Source: Octopus sinensis
Lineage: Eukaryota
Assembly (NCBI RefSeq): GCF_006345805.1
Contig: NC_043009.1
Location: forward strand, 16,740,001 to 16,804,000
Length of the DNA: 64,000 bases
Direction of reading: 5' to 3'
How positions within the stretch are numbered: the first letter of the stretch is position 1; each line of letters begins with the position of its first letter. A program made the translations under genes and the position numbers. The notes under the pieces are model-generated. The model worked only from the letters and a program-made list of their open reading frames with translations. It ran no database searches and had not been told where the DNA came from. Positions 1 to 13,473 of the stretch are shown here, one piece after another.

Positions 1-326
1 CAAGGACATCCTATCTTGAATTCCTCTATTACTACCTGGAGAACTATAATGAATAAGAGGGGGCTGAAGACTGATCTTTGATGGACCTCTACCCCTATCC
101 AGAATTCTTCACTATACTCATTGCCAACCCTCACCTTATTTACAGCATCCCTGTACATGGCTTGTACAGCTCTTACTAACCACTCATCTATCCCTAATTT
201 CTACATTGACCACCAGATAAGGGATCTGGGAACCCTGTCAAAGGCTTTCTCTATGTCAATGAAAGCCAAGTACAGAGGTTTATCTTTGGCTAGGTATTTC
301 TCCTGCAGCTGTCTTACCAGAAATAT
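1..326 (-). mobile_element. RTE-clade LINE reverse-transcriptase fragment (decayed)
   Basis: Minus strand reads IFLVRQLQEKYLAKDKPLYLAFIDIEKAFDRVPRSLIWWSM*KLG...VHQRSVFSPLLFIIVL, the same family as the RT at ~30950-31290; contains an in-frame stop. Confidence 0.9.
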
Positions 327-334
327 ACCACAAA

Positions 335-1107
335 CCCAAGCTTCATCTTGTCTAAACTAACTAAATATGCACTGTTATATCTACATCTTCACAGTCACTT
401 TCATCTCAACTGTGCATTCAAATCATTGTCCTTGGATCAAAAAGGTGGAAGTCAGAGAACACCAAGTCTGGGTGGTACAGTGGGGCCCAATTTGCCAATG
501 ATGTGTGAAGTCATGCACTGTCTTAGTGAATGAAGATCATTTTTAAATTCTTGATCAGCTTCTTCCACCTAATGGCTTCTCAAAGCTTTTGAAGCTCTCA
601 ATGTACCACTTGCTGTTCACTGTACTGCTATGTTTCAAGTCAAGGAGACAGATGCCCTGTCATTCTCAAAAACAGTTAATACGTTTCATCTCATGTCACC
701 AGACTGGAAAGAAACAGGTCTTCATTGGCTTCAACTGCCTTGAGTATATCAGAACAGATTTCAACCTTTCTGTCCTTCAAATCAGATGTCAACAGCTGAG
801 GTTCCCATTTTGCACACAATTTCTGATACCCAAAGTTTTACACCATCTTCTGTAATATTACCATTCATTGTGACTCATCTGCCTATGTGAATCAATTCAT
901 CCACTTGCTGGCAATTAGTCAGTGGTCACAGCCAGTGACCTTCCACTGTAGGTTCTGTCTTCAATGTTGGTTTTCCTTTCTTTAAACTTCATCTATCCAT
1001 GCTCATTGCCCTTGTTAGTGATGTAGCCTTCTGTGGATGTCAGACAGCCTGCAACCCTCTTTCATCAAGAACTCAAAGATAGCATGCTGCTTCTGCTTGG
1101 AATCCAT
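335..1107 (-). mobile_element. mariner transposase relic
   Basis: Minus strand from ATG 1107 reads MDSKQKQHAIFEFLMKEG...IEDRTYSGRS (HTH region), and PDLVFSDFHLF near 470-435 (YSPDL motif region); many stops and deletions. Confidence 0.7.
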
Positions 1108-1149
1108 TATTTGTCGACAGTGAAGTACAGGAAGAAGAATTACTCTGCC

Positions 1150-1201
1150 AATTTTTGTATTTGCTAACATAGATCATTCTATGTTAGCAAATACAAAAAT
1201 T
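1150..1201. repeat. perfect 24-bp inverted repeat with 4-nt loop
   Basis: AATTTTTGTATTTGCTAACATAGA-tcat-TCTATGTTAGCAAATACAAAAATT. Confidence 0.95.
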
Positions 1202-1479
1202 ATGCTACTTTTGATATAATCTTTCATTATAAAACTTTTAAGAATCAGTATTACGTGATTAAATAAATCATTAGTAGTATTAAAAAGGGAAAGAGGATAA
1301 GAAAAAAAGCTTTATAGTATTTCACTCCAAACCAAAACGTCATTGTTTGGCTATATTACTCCACTATAAAATGTATGTAAAAACATGTGAATTTAGTAAG
1401 TATGATAATTGTGCAAAAAATGGATGAATTAATTGAGAAAAAGTCATGCATTATGAGAATAAAATTATAGTAGTCAATT

Positions 1480-1750
1480 GACATGACAAACTTGAAAGAA
1501 ATGGTGCAGAAATGGATCCAGCTGAACAGCAAGCAGGACATCTACAGAAAACCTCTACAATGACCACCAGTTTAATTAACCCTTTCAAACTAGTGATTAT
1601 AGACAATAGATGTTGTGGTTGCATTTCTAATTTCATACTTTTATCTGATTCTGGGTGATTGGCTAAGAGAAAAATATGTTACTCATATAAAGACATTGGT
1701 CATTTCGCAAGTATATGCAAATCAACCAGTCCCACAACTTCAGTAAAATT
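1480..1750 (+). mobile_element. gag-like relic with degenerate zinc knuckle
   Basis: ORF 1659 contains KICYSYKDIGHFASICKS, resembling CxxCxxxGHxxxxC with one Cys lost. Confidence 0.4.
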
Positions 1751-2069
1751 TCTGTTCGCATTAATATACACAGCAATTAGCATAAATAATCAACGTCGTA
1801 ATTGTGTTAACATCCACTTTTCCATGCTTACATGGATAAGATAGAGTTTGTTCAGATAGATTTTCAACAGTTGGATGCATTTCTTGTCACCAAGTGTCAC
1901 TTATTTCCAAACAAGGTAATATTTTCCTATGACATGTTTTCATAGAAGACTAGTAACAAATGGTACCTATTGTAAAACAGCAACAGTGACATAGGTTTAA
2001 ACTATCATGTGATGCCCAAACAAGGAGGCATGAACACATATATACATATGCACATAGTATGTATACATC

Positions 2070-2800
2070 TTTATTATTTAATGTCCATTTTCCTTGCTGG
2101 CATGGTTTGGACAGCTTGACAGAAACTGGCACAGACCGCAAGCAGTACCCGGTTCCATAACCCTGTTTTGGCTTGGTTTCTACAGCCCTTCTAAACCCAA
2201 CCACTTTGGAGTGTACTGGGCGTTTTGTACATGACACTATCACCAATGCTTTTTACATGGCCATCACTAGGCACATCATTTTGAGATTGGCCTTCAGTAC
2301 TTCATCCCATGTCTTCTGGGGTCTCCCTCTTCCACAACTATATATCATCATTGTTTAATGACTACTTTCCTTGCTGGCATGGGTTCAACAGTCTGACAGG
2401 AGCTGTCCAGACTCTGCCTGTTTTGGCATGGTTTCTATGGTTTGATACCCTTCCTAATGCCAACTACTTAACAGGGTATGCTGAGTACCTTTTATAAGTC
2501 ACCAGCATGGTTGCAATTACATGCCACCAGCACTAGTGCACCTTATGTGGCACTGGCATGAGTGCATTTTACATGGCACCTGCACGACAAAGACCTCCCA
2601 ATTGTTAGAGGGAGTGAGGGCATGGCCATAAAGGACATGCCTGTATGGATGGATGGTCATGATTTTGCTTAGCTTGCAGTGTCTTCTCAAGTACAGCAAG
2701 TCGTCACAAGTACCTGTCCCTCATCATTTCCTGAGTGAGGCCCAACATTTGAAAATCGTTTCTCACCATTTCATCCCACATCTTCCTGGATCTACCCTCA
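2070..2800 (-). mobile_element. cluster of RTE 3'-end/3'UTR-derived repeat fragments
   Basis: Motifs CATGGGTTGGAC/CTGGATGCCCTTCCTAA-CCAACCAC match the reverse complement of the RTE tail at 32340-32632. Similar copies at ~3275-3600, 6050-6350, 8320-8670, 11365-11700, 18731-18918, 37140-37370, 45200-45430, 58280-58680, 60380-60560. Confidence 0.75.
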
Positions 2801-3237
2801 CCCGTGTGTGTGTGTGTGTTGTGTGTGTGTGTGTGTGTGTGCTAACAATATTCTGCGTTTTCTAAATTTATACTCTTGTAACAATGTAAGAAATGATGGT
2901 TAATAATATTTATTATTAGGATTGATTACAGTTGTGTTGTTTAGATTTAAAAAGATAATTGCTATAAATATATTACATTCATATATATAATTAAGCTGAC
3001 CTCTGTTAATTTAAACACATGATGCATAATTCTGATTTACAGCTGAGCAATATGAAGATCACTGAGCCATGATGGCTTAGGCTATTAATATGTATGATCA
3101 CTTCAAACCACAAAGAGAAAGAGTTTTATGAACTTCAACCATTCTAATCAGAGCTATTATCTCTATACAATATCATTTTTAACATATGCTTCTTGATTTG
3201 TTGTTTTATTATTTATATGTATCTATATCTGTATGTG

Positions 3238-3275
<38 letters not shown>

Positions 3276-3919
3276 CATCATCATCATCATTTATCGTCCA
3301 TCTTCCATGCATGGGTGGGATTGTTGACAAGAACTGGTCAGGTAGAAAAACTACCCTAGGCAACTGTGTCTGTTCTGGCAGAGATTTTACGGCTGGATGC
3401 CCTTCCTAACACCAACCACTCCACAGAGTGGACACAGTGCTTTTTACATGACACTAGCACAGGCAAAGTTAGTTTTGGCATGATTTTAACAGCTGGATGC
3501 CCATCCAAATGCCAACTACTTAACAGTGTGGACTGGATGCCCTTAACACGGCACCAGCACTGGCTGGCAGGGTAATCAAGTAACTAGCAAGACAAGGAGC
3601 TATGAGAGGAGAAGGGCATTTGAGGAGGGGAGCTTGTGTTAGAAGATCAAAAGTTGAAGTGTGACAAAGAGACAGAAGCAGGTGTCTTGCCACAACAGAG
3701 GGGGCATTAGAGGAGGAGGTGATCCAGTATCAGATGATGAAAGAATAGAGAGTAACAGAGAAATAGTGAGGCAGAAACAAGTGTTTTGCTATAGAGGAGG
3801 TGCATGATTAGAGAGAGAGAGAGAGTGAGAGAGGAAGAGGGGAGAGAGAGGTACAAGAAAGAGGACAGAAACAAGTGTGCTGATGTAAAGGAGATACTTA
3901 GTTACCGAGCCAGAAACAC

Positions 3920-4277
3920 TTCCACGTATGCGTAATGGCGATGTTCTTAACTGTTATATGGGCATGTAAATATGTTTGCAAAATGTTTTTGTTAAATGTT
4001 ATTCTGTGTTCTGAATACTTTTATTTTAATAAATGTTGCTTACTGCAAGTTATGGATGATTCTTTTATGACTTCATTGCTTTCAGGTTTAGCTTAAGGTA
4101 TTTTCGTGCCCGACATCACAAAATGCATCTGAATAAACATTGCCAGACAGCAAATAGAGACTCGGACATTGCTAAGAAAATATTTTTCATTTTTAACCTC
4201 GTATATCGTACACACTAGGGATTTTGACCTTTAAATTTTGGGGAAAAAATGCAGATTATACTTGAGGATTTATGGTA
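3920..4277 (+). mobile_element. probable pogo/Tigger-like DNA transposon right end
   Basis: Ends GATTATACTTGAGGATTTATGGTA, resembling pogo-type ...TATACxxGAGxATxTACGG-TA termini; matching left TIR not found. Confidence 0.35.
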
Positions 4278-4529
4278 TGCTACAAAAAGTATGTTTTGCA
4301 CCTGTATTGGCTACATTTCATTTTGCTTGAACTTCATGGGTATACGTTTTGCTGAAGAATGTACACCCCAACATAGTTTGTAACTTCAGAATTATAGAGA
4401 GACTTGGAGAAATAACCCATGCTAGAAAAGAAGATTATGGAAGCTCAATGACCCAGCAAATCAACAGGAATCTAGAGACATTCTACTGGAAGCCTATGAT
4501 GATAGAGAGGAGGTGGAGGAGGAGGAAGA

Positions 4530-5660
4530 AACATATAGCTTAGAAGACAACTGGAAGTTCCTGTGGGACAATTAACTGGGTGCCGCTGGCCAAATCTGTG
4601 GCTGGTGCAAAGTCCCAGCTAGGCTGAGAGTGACATGGTGGTGGAACAAGGAGATGGATAGCACTATAAAAACAAAGAAACAGGCCTGGAAAGATTGGAA
4701 AAATGGTGGAAGCAGAGCATTATATCAGGGAGTCAGAAGGGGAAGGTAGCAATCAGATTTACATAGCAAAACGAATAGCAGAAGGTAAGGAGTTTGCCAA
4801 TGAGGATCAGAAGCATGAAGTGTTCAGGATTGCAAAGCAGTGAATCAGAGAGAATAGAGATGTGGTAGGTGAGAAATGCGTGCGAATGGATAATGGTATA
4901 CTTGTGCTTAGTGGAGATGCCATTATGAAAGGTTATTAAATGTGGAGAATGATGAGGAGGAGAGTCTTTAAAATATCAAACCAATTGAGGGACCAGCCAT
5001 CAGAGTAGATAAGGCAATTAAGGATATGAAGGCAGGGAAAATATCAGGCAATGTGGGATACAGCTTAATCACTCGCATAGTTAATCAGGTTATTCAGGAA
5101 GGCATCATCCCCAAAGAGAGGTGTAGTAGTGTTATAGTTAGCTGCTACAAGGGTAAAGGTGATGCCTTAGATAGAAACAACTACAAAGGTATCAAACAGC
5201 TAGACCAGGTCATGAAAATTACAAAGTGAGTTATAGCCCAACTGATTAGGAATAGAATTAAACTAGATGAGATGCAGTTTGGTTTTGTTCCTGGACGAAG
5301 TACCACAGATGTCATCTTCCTAGTGAGACAGTTGTAAGAAAACTATTTGGCCAAAAGTAAACCATTGTACTTAGCCTTCATCAACCTGGAGAAAGCTTTC
5401 GACAGGGTTCCCACTCTCTTATCTGGTAGGTTCTAAAGAAGCTAGGCATAGAAGAGTGGTTTGTCAGAGTTGTACAAGCCATGTACAGTGATGCTGTTCA
5501 TAAGGTGGGAGTTGGTCTTGAATACAGTGATGAATTTAGCATACAAGTTGGAGTTCACTAGGAATCAGTTCTTATTCCACTCATCATAGTTCTCCAGGCC
5601 ATAGCAAACGAATTCAAAACTGGATGCCCATGGGAACTGCTATATGCTGATGGCCTTGTT
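4530..5660 (+). mobile_element. RTE-clade LINE ORF2 fragment (decayed)
   Basis: TWWWNKEM...YKGKGDALDRNNYKGIKQLD...QFGFVPGRSTTD...LEKAFDRVP...LLYADGL, with stops and frameshifts. Confidence 0.9.
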
Positions 5661-5680
5661 CTCCTCTACGGCAGCACACT

Positions 5681-5880
5681 TGTTTCTGCCTTTCATTCTT
5701 GATCACTCTCTCTCCTTCTTTTGTTTTTTTACTCCTGACTAGGTATATAAGTATCTCCTTTACACCTGTTTCTGTCCTCTTTTTTGTATCTCTCTCTCTC
5801 CCTCTCTCTTCTTCTCCTCTTTCTCTTCTCTCTCTCTTGCTGGGTAACCATGTACCTCCTCTATAGCAAGACACCTATTT
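5681..5880 (+). repeat. ~200-bp segment duplicated at 8110-8316
   Basis: Near-identical copies, including the CT-rich tract; both give the spurious ORF text YLSLSLSLLLLFLFSLSCWVTMYLLYSKTPI. Confidence 0.9.
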
Positions 5881-8831
5881 CTGCCTCTCTATTTTTCTGT
5901 CACACTCTAACCTTTCATCATCTGATACCGTATCACCCCATGCAATGCTCCCTCTGTTATAACAAAATACCTGTTTCTACCTCTCTGTCACATTGTAACC
6001 TTTCATCATCTGTCATAAGTTCCCCTCCTCAAATGCCCCCCCCCCCTCAAGATTCCATGTCTTGCAATTACTTGGTGACCCTACCAGTGCTGGTGCCATG
6101 TAAAAAGCATCCAGTCCACACTGTAAAGTGGTTGGCATTTGGAAGGGCATCCAGCTGTAAAAATCATGCCAAAACTAACCTCACCTGTGCTAGTCCTACA
6201 TAAAAAGCACTGAGACCATTCTGCAGAGAGGTTGATGTTAAGGAAGAGTATCCAGAAGTAAAATCTCTGCCAAAACTGACACAGTAGTCAGGGGTAGTCT
6301 TCTACCTGGCCAGCTCCTGTATGGAAGACAGACATTAAACAGTGATGATGATATAGGACAGGCTTCTTTCATTTCTGTTGGCCAAATTCACTCACAAAGC
6401 TTTCGTTGGCTTAGTGCTAAAGCAGAAGACACTTGCCCAAGTTACCATGCAGTGGGACTGAATCTGAGACTATGTGAATAGGGAGCAAAATCCTTACCAT
6501 GCACCACACCTACACACACAATGTGGCTGTATGCTAAGAAGCTTGCTTCTCAACCACATATAGTTGTGGATTCAGTCCCACTGTGTGGAAACTTGGGTAA
6601 GTGTCTTCTAAAACCTTGGGCCAACCAAACCCTTGCGAGAGATTTGGTAAACAAAAACTGGAAGCCCATCATGTGTATGTGTGTGTGTGAATATGTGTGT
6701 CCCCTACCACCAGTTGATAACTGGTGTTGGTGTATTTACATCACTGTAACTTAGCAGTTCAGCAAAAGTCTGATTAAACTAGGCTTAAAAAAAATATAAG
6801 TCCTGGGGTTGATTTGTTCAACTTAAACCCTTCAAGACTGCAGCCAAATTATTGAAACACGTAAAAGATATCTTAAATCATTTATCAGGAATACACAGCA
6901 GATCTGCAACTGATACCTGTTTACAGATGGGTATCCTATCAAAGAGGAGATATACAGATTCCACCAAAAGAAATGTACACACACTTCAGGAAAGGAAACA
7001 TCTGTATAAATATTTAACCTGTATAAGTACCTCTATAAATATAAATACTTCTTTCGATGTTTTATCAAACCGTGACAACACTGATACAGTTTTTTCATAA
7101 TGATTCTATTTTTACCTGAAACCTATTTTCATTCTTTATGAAAAATAAAAATATAACTAAACGAATAAAACACTTCTATATCTACCTATGGATGACCTAT
7201 TATATGTGCTTTACTGTATGAAAGACTGTGAAAACTAGTCATCAATAAGAAACAATAACCACACATTTTAGAAACTATTTTCTCTGCTAAAGTTGGGGCT
7301 AGATTTGCAGGTCTCATCATACTCTTGTCACCTTTTTGAATCAGTTTTTAGGGTTGACTACTTTCTTATTACCAACCATTTTAGTCTTCTTTTTTTTCCT
7401 CATACAGACATACAGCATTCCTCTTCTAAAGCTACAGTAAGAGAGGTGATTTAATGAGAACTTCCAGGTGATATCCCTGATCTGTCACTCAGTTTAACAT
7501 CCTTATCTGGCTCTAGAGTGTTTTTTGCAAGCATTTAGACTAGCAACCCATGAGTCATGATTTCTTCTTCACTTTCTTCCAGTTGTAACAGAGATCTGGC
7601 AGAGGTCATGGATGTTGCTCTTTCTCCCCTGACTATGAAAAAAGACAACAAGAATAGACATTATTTAACATAAGCTACACAGCAGGAAAAGAAGCTATCT
7701 GGTGAAAATTAGGCAGTAGCATAATTTATATCAAGCATTTTGTGAACAACAATGCCAGGGGTTAAACATTTCTAATGAGCTGATCACAGGTTCATTGCAT
7801 TTCCAGTGGCAAAAGTGTCTCTCTATAACAAAAGAGTGTATCTGTAATTTGGGCAGAATAAATACGAATTAATTGCCAATCACTTAAAGTGGAGTGAAGT
7901 TGTGGAAGGAGAGCAAGGAAGACATGGGACAAAGCATTGAAGATCAATCTCAAAGCACTGAGCCTTACAAATGAGATGAGAGAGGATCAAGATAAGTGGC
8001 ACATTGCTGTATTCAAGAAGACTCACCCACCACAACAGAGCTGAGATCCTAAAACTAAGGTGCCACAAGAAAAAAACCAAAAAAAACATTGGTATGGGTG
8101 CTGGTGTCATGTTTCTGCCCTTCATTCTTGATCACTCTCTCTCTCCTTTTGTTTTTTTACCCCTGACCAGGTATATAAGTATCTCCTTTTCATCAGCACA
8201 CCTGTTTCTGTCCTCTTTTTTGTATCTCTCTCTCTCCCTCTCTCTTCTTCTCCTCTTTCTCTTCTCTCTCTCTTGCTGGGTAACCATGTACCTCCTCTAT
8301 AGCAAGACACCTATTTGGACAGTACATTCTGTAAAGTGGTTAGTGTTAGGAAGGGCATCCAGCCAGAGAAACCAAGCCAAAATAAACTATGAAAGCCAGT
8401 GGCCCCTGGCCTTGCTGGTTCCTGTGTGTGTTACTATATTTTTGTCTTGACATAGCATGATACTTCTAAACGAGCATCACTGTCATAAAAGTGGTGTCCT
8501 TTTGTTTCCACTCTTTGATAAAAGTGTCTGGTCATGGGGGAATATTATGTTGCTTGGAAACAGGTGAGAGATAGTGAGAGGAAGGGCATCCAGCCATAGA
8601 AAATCTGCTACAATGAAATCCAGTTCACCTTTGCAAGCATGAAAAATGGAAGCAATAATGGTGATGGCTGCTGACTTGTACAACAAGATTCAAAATCCAT
8701 CATAGGTTTTAGACATGTCTCCAGGTTGGATACACTGACTCCATCCATCTAGCTTGTCTGTAAAGCAGCGATTACAATGATTCATATCTTACCAAGCAGG
8801 GAATGCTTTTCTCTCCTCTATTTAACATTAG

Positions 8832-9377
8832 CCTTTTAACATTTAGATCATCATCATCATCGTTTAATATCCGTTTTCCGCGCTAGCATGGGTTGGATGG
8901 TTTGACCGGGATCTGGGGAGCCAGGGGCTGCACCAGGCTCCAGTCTGATCTGGCAGAGTTTCTACAGCTGGATGCCCTTCCTAACGCCAACCACTCCGCG
9001 AGTGTAGTGGGTGCTTTTTACGTGCCACCTGCACAGGTGCCAGGGGGGTCCGGCATCGGCCACGAACGGTTGGAGCTTTTAACGTGCCACCGGCACGGAA
9101 GCCAGCCAAGGTGGCGCTGGCAACGGCCACGTTCGGGTGGTGCTTTTTATGTGCCACCGGTACAGAAGCCAGTCGGGGACTTTGTCAAATGTTCTGCTTA
9201 TTTATTCACATTGTTTTGAATTAATCACGCATTACTGCATAGCTTTGAAACTTTGAGGATGTGATTATTTCTAGAGTGACATTGGAGAATACATGCAAGA
9301 GGCAGGATTTGGTCAGTTTGAACATAAAATAGGGTAGAATATCTGGGCTGGATGTGGCTGGTTTAAATGCTAAAGGG
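8832..9377. mobile_element. piggyBac-type (TTAA) MITE interrupted by a younger RTE-tail insertion (8847-9177)
   Basis: Right end AATGCTAAAGGG-TTAA is shared with the MITEs at 38793-39012 and 49082-49303; the insert is CpG-rich and carries ~65-bp internal repeats. Confidence 0.65.
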
Positions 9378-10708
9378 TTAAAATGATCTGAATTAAAAAT
9401 CAGCTTTGTGAATCCTGCAATTTGTCACAGGGACTCCACTATGCAAATAAATATTCACTGCTATTGTAGCAACAGAGATATTTGTAAGAGACAAGTGTTA
9501 TCAGTTATAAGATTTAAGGAGTCTCAAACTGAATGTATTTAGATAACATAATTACCATTATGAGCAATAAAACAGTTGCTATAGCCACAGGAAATAGGTG
9601 TTATGTTAATGGAGAATTGATCCAAGCTGAGAGATAATTTGCTATTTAATGGTAGAGATCATACTAGAATCCAATACTCAGTTTGTCAGAATTGTTTTTG
9701 TAAGCAAGCAGTTACATAGGAAGCTGCAACAGTTGAACTGCAGGGAAGAGAAGAGTATATTTTGAATGTGTCTAAGTGGATTGAGGAAACAGAGGCAGGA
9801 GGCAGTAAAAACTGATGATGAAATTGTGAGTACAACGGTGATAAAGAAGACAATGGTGATAAGCGTGAGTCATGGATGGAACAATCTTGCTGAGAAATAA
9901 CACTTCATCTCACAATCAACACCTGCTGATTAGGGTTCAGCAACTATGAGATAGAAATGCTGGGAAAAACTATGAGCTTGCCACATATACAACTAGTAAA
10001 TGAGTTCTGTTAACAATTTCGATACCAAACTGCACCTAGTCCTAAGAATACAAAAATTGATCATTTTAAAAATGTTCATCTTGAAATTTTGTGAGGTCAC
10101 CAAGTAACTTACAAGTTCCCCCACCCCCGCTCAACTGAATGTGTGTTGGGGAGGGGGTAGTATTGAGGTGGGTGGTGGCTTTATGCTAGGTGTTGAACTG
10201 TTAAAAAGTATGATAGAGGGACAGGAACAGATGTCTTGCTGAAGAGGAGATACAGGCTTCCTCAACTAGAAAGAGAAAAACAGAGATGGTCTACCCTCAA
10301 GATAGATGGAGAGAAGAGGGATGAAAAATCAGAAAGGTTAGTTAGATAAGGTGATGAGCATGTGAAAGAAGAAGGACAGATGATTAGAGATGGGGACAGA
10401 ATTGGATTCAGTGAACAGGGTGGAGTGGGGTGGCACATGTGTGGAGGTATGGCCAATGGTGAATATAGTTTCTAGGGGAATAGGAATGAAGAAAAAAAGA
10501 TTGGGCAAAGAAGTTGGATGTAATAAGGGATAGGGAGATGATATGAAGTGTAGGGGAATAAATGGCACCTAAATGAGTAGTGCCATAATCAATCTTATGA
10601 AAATCAACACAATCTTAATAAAGAAAAAAAAAAGGAATGAAAAAATGCATTTATGTATTTGTTTTGCAAGGTTATTGATGTGAAAATATATGTTGAAACA
10701 GATATTTG

Positions 10709-11014
10709 TATACTTGGGGATGGTCATCTTTTGGCAGTTAAGCATTTATTTGATCTTTGCTTTAGTTTTATTATTATTATCATTATTAGTTTATTTGTTT
10801 GTCAAAGTTCTTTTGTAACACATTCTGTGACCTCTTCAGCAAATCTCTGTCCCTTGTGTCTCCTCTTGTCCGGCCTTTTTCATTCTGTCTTTCGGTGGTA
10901 TGAAAGAACATTGACAGGCAAAGACTAGAAATAATAAATGACAATAAAGCTGAAGTGAAGATCAAATAAATAGTGTGAATGTTTAATTGACAAAAGATGA
11001 CCACCCCCAAGTAT
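10709..11014. repeat. diverged inverted repeat (arms ~10709-10815 and ~10900-11014), Penelope-type foldback
   Basis: TATACTTGGGGATGGTCATCTTTTG...ATTTATTTGATCTT pairs with AAGATCAAATAAAT...CAAAAGATGACCACCCCCAAGTATA; CTGAAGA core-like motif on the minus strand at 10839-10833. Confidence 0.75.
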
Positions 11015-12129
11015 AACAATGAATGAAAAAATAGTTTTATCAAGTCTTCCAAATTCTAGGTTATTTTGAAATTTAAATGAAACATATAAACAGTGTATTT
11101 CATTAGAAAAATACCTTCGAAAGAGGAATGAGTTTATCACAAAGCTGAAAGTTCTGCTCGGATGAAAGATATTTATGATAAAGAATAGGGGTAGGGCACC
11201 ACTAACTATTTCCCATCCATAACCACTCCTCTGAAAATCAACAGAAGTGGACCAACAAGTAAGTCTATACACAGTTGCTCAACTGTTAGAAATAACATTA
11301 TCCCAAATCACACTTGGTTATCTCATAAAAGAATTGGAAAGACAGCACTGGATATACTCATCTTCACCATCATTTAAACTGTTTTCCATGCTGGCATGAG
11401 TTGGACAGTTTGATAGAGGCTGGTGAGGCAGGAGACTACATCAGATTTCACTGTCTGTTTTGACAAGGTTTTTTTGTTATGGCAGGATGCCCTTCTTAAC
11501 ACCAACCACCATACAGAGTAGACTGAGTGCTTTTTATGTGGAACCAGCAAAAGCAAGGCCTGTTTTGGCATGGCCTTTTACAGCTAGATGCTCTTCCAAA
11601 CACAAACCACTTTACAGTGTGGACTAGATGCACCAGAACTGGTGGAATCACCAAGTAACTTGTAAAAATCCTTGAGGGAAGAGGCATTGAAGGCAGTGGC
11701 CATGTGCCAGGGGAAGAGAGGTTAGAGTATGACAGAGAAATAGGAACAAGTGTCTTGCAGTAGAAGATACATGGTTACCCAGTCAGAGAGAGAGAGTATT
11801 CAAGAACAAGAGAAAGAGCAGGAGAGAAGTGGTGGTGAAGACAGGTGGACATGGCTGGAATGCTTATTACTATTGGTCAACTGAATCAGAACTAACCTGG
11901 GGCTAAACAACAATAACCAAACGAAGCATCAAACTTCATAACCAGTTGATGAGTGGGTAATTAAGGGGATATAAGAAAACTCAGACTGATTCAGTGGTGT
12001 TACCGGGCAGAAAGGTGGGTGTAACGAAATCTTAAACATAAACAAACACTGTCATGTCCAACGGAAATTTTGTTGTAAATCGTTGTCACCTTTTCAGAAA
12101 AATCACATATTAGCTTATTTATTATCTTT

Positions 12130-12615
12130 CATCTACTTGTTTCAGTCATTTGACAATGGCCATGCTGGGGCACTACCTTGAAGGGTTTTAGTAAAAAAAA
12201 ATCAACTACTTCTTTAAAGCTTAGTACTTATTCTATTGGTCTCTTTTGCCGAACTGCTAGGTTACGGGGATGTAAACAAACACATCAACATTGGTTGTCA
12301 AGCATTGGTAGGGGACAAACATATACAACCCCCACCCATATATGTATGACAGGCTTCTTTCAGTTTCCATCTACCAAATCCACTCACAAGGCTTTGGTCG
12401 GCCCGAGGCTATAGTAGAAGACACATGCCCAAATGCCATGCAGTGGGACTGAACGAGGTACCATGTGGTTGGTAAGCAAGCTACTTACATCACAGCCACC
12501 AAATCCACTCAAAAGGCTTTAGAAGAAACTTACCCAAGGTGCCATGCAGTAAGACTGAACCTGGAACCATGTGGTTGGGAAGCAAGTTTCTTACCATAGT
12601 TATGCCTGCACCTAT
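12130..12615 (-). mobile_element. tRNA-derived SINE, dominant family
   Basis: Same sequence as the cleaner copy at 27650-28062. Further copies at ~6355-6870, 13262-13460, 26088-26380, 45460-45820, 46450-46620, 47335-47690, 50095-50235, 52140-52570, 53335-53660. Confidence 0.85.
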
Positions 12616-13473
12616 TTAAATATCTTTGCAAATCATTGTTAAAAATTAATTTCTTCTTACAACTAGTTTCAAAATATGAGTCATGTTAATGCTGGTACTT
12701 AATCTCATCAACATGACCACCACTACCTGAGGCTATAAAAGGAGTCTCTAGACTAGACTTCACTATAGCAACTGTAAAACTAACAATGCAAACACCTGTC
12801 CTTAATCCTAACTAACCAGACTCACGTGAAGGAGATCTTCTACAACAATCCTCAACACAACTTACACAAAAGGTGACAATACTGGAAGCAGCTGCTTCTG
12901 TGGTAACACAGGTTACATCACTTTTCCAATGTAAATAACAAAGCCATCAGATATTAAACTGATATATTTCACACTGTTGGTAAAATAAGTTGAACAATTA
13001 AAATCATTTCTAATATAAAGACAAGGTGACATATTTCAGAAGAGAGAGAGAGAGAGAGTGAAATCACCACTACTAGTATTTTACTGGTACTTATTTTATC
13101 AACTCAGAGATAGCAAAAGCCAAAGTCAATTTTGACAAGATTTCATCTCAAAACGTAAGGAGAAATAATTAAATGCCACAAAATATTTAGTCCAACCTTA
13201 TCATCTCTGTCCTCAATAATAATAATTGTTTACAATGTAGTCACAGAACAGAATTTTATCTTTTATTTCAGTCATTAGACTGTGACTATGATGGGGCACT
13301 GCCTGGAGGAATTTTAGTTGAAATAATCGACCCCAGTACTTATTTCCTTTTTAAGCCTGGTACTTAGTCTATCGGTCATTTTCCCCAAATTGCTAAGTTA
13401 TTGGAATGTTAACACACCAACACCAGTTGTCAAGCAGTGGTGAGGAACAAACACAGTCACATATACATATATA

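Noticed and set aside
6934-7000. AG...GT-bounded minus segment as COMMD8 exon 2
   Set aside because: No reading frame resembles COMMD8; the same applies to the candidate at 11115-11230.
5784-8450. Hydrophobic 139-aa and 148-aa ORFs as membrane proteins
   Set aside because: They are translations of CT microsatellite and repeat-tail sequence.
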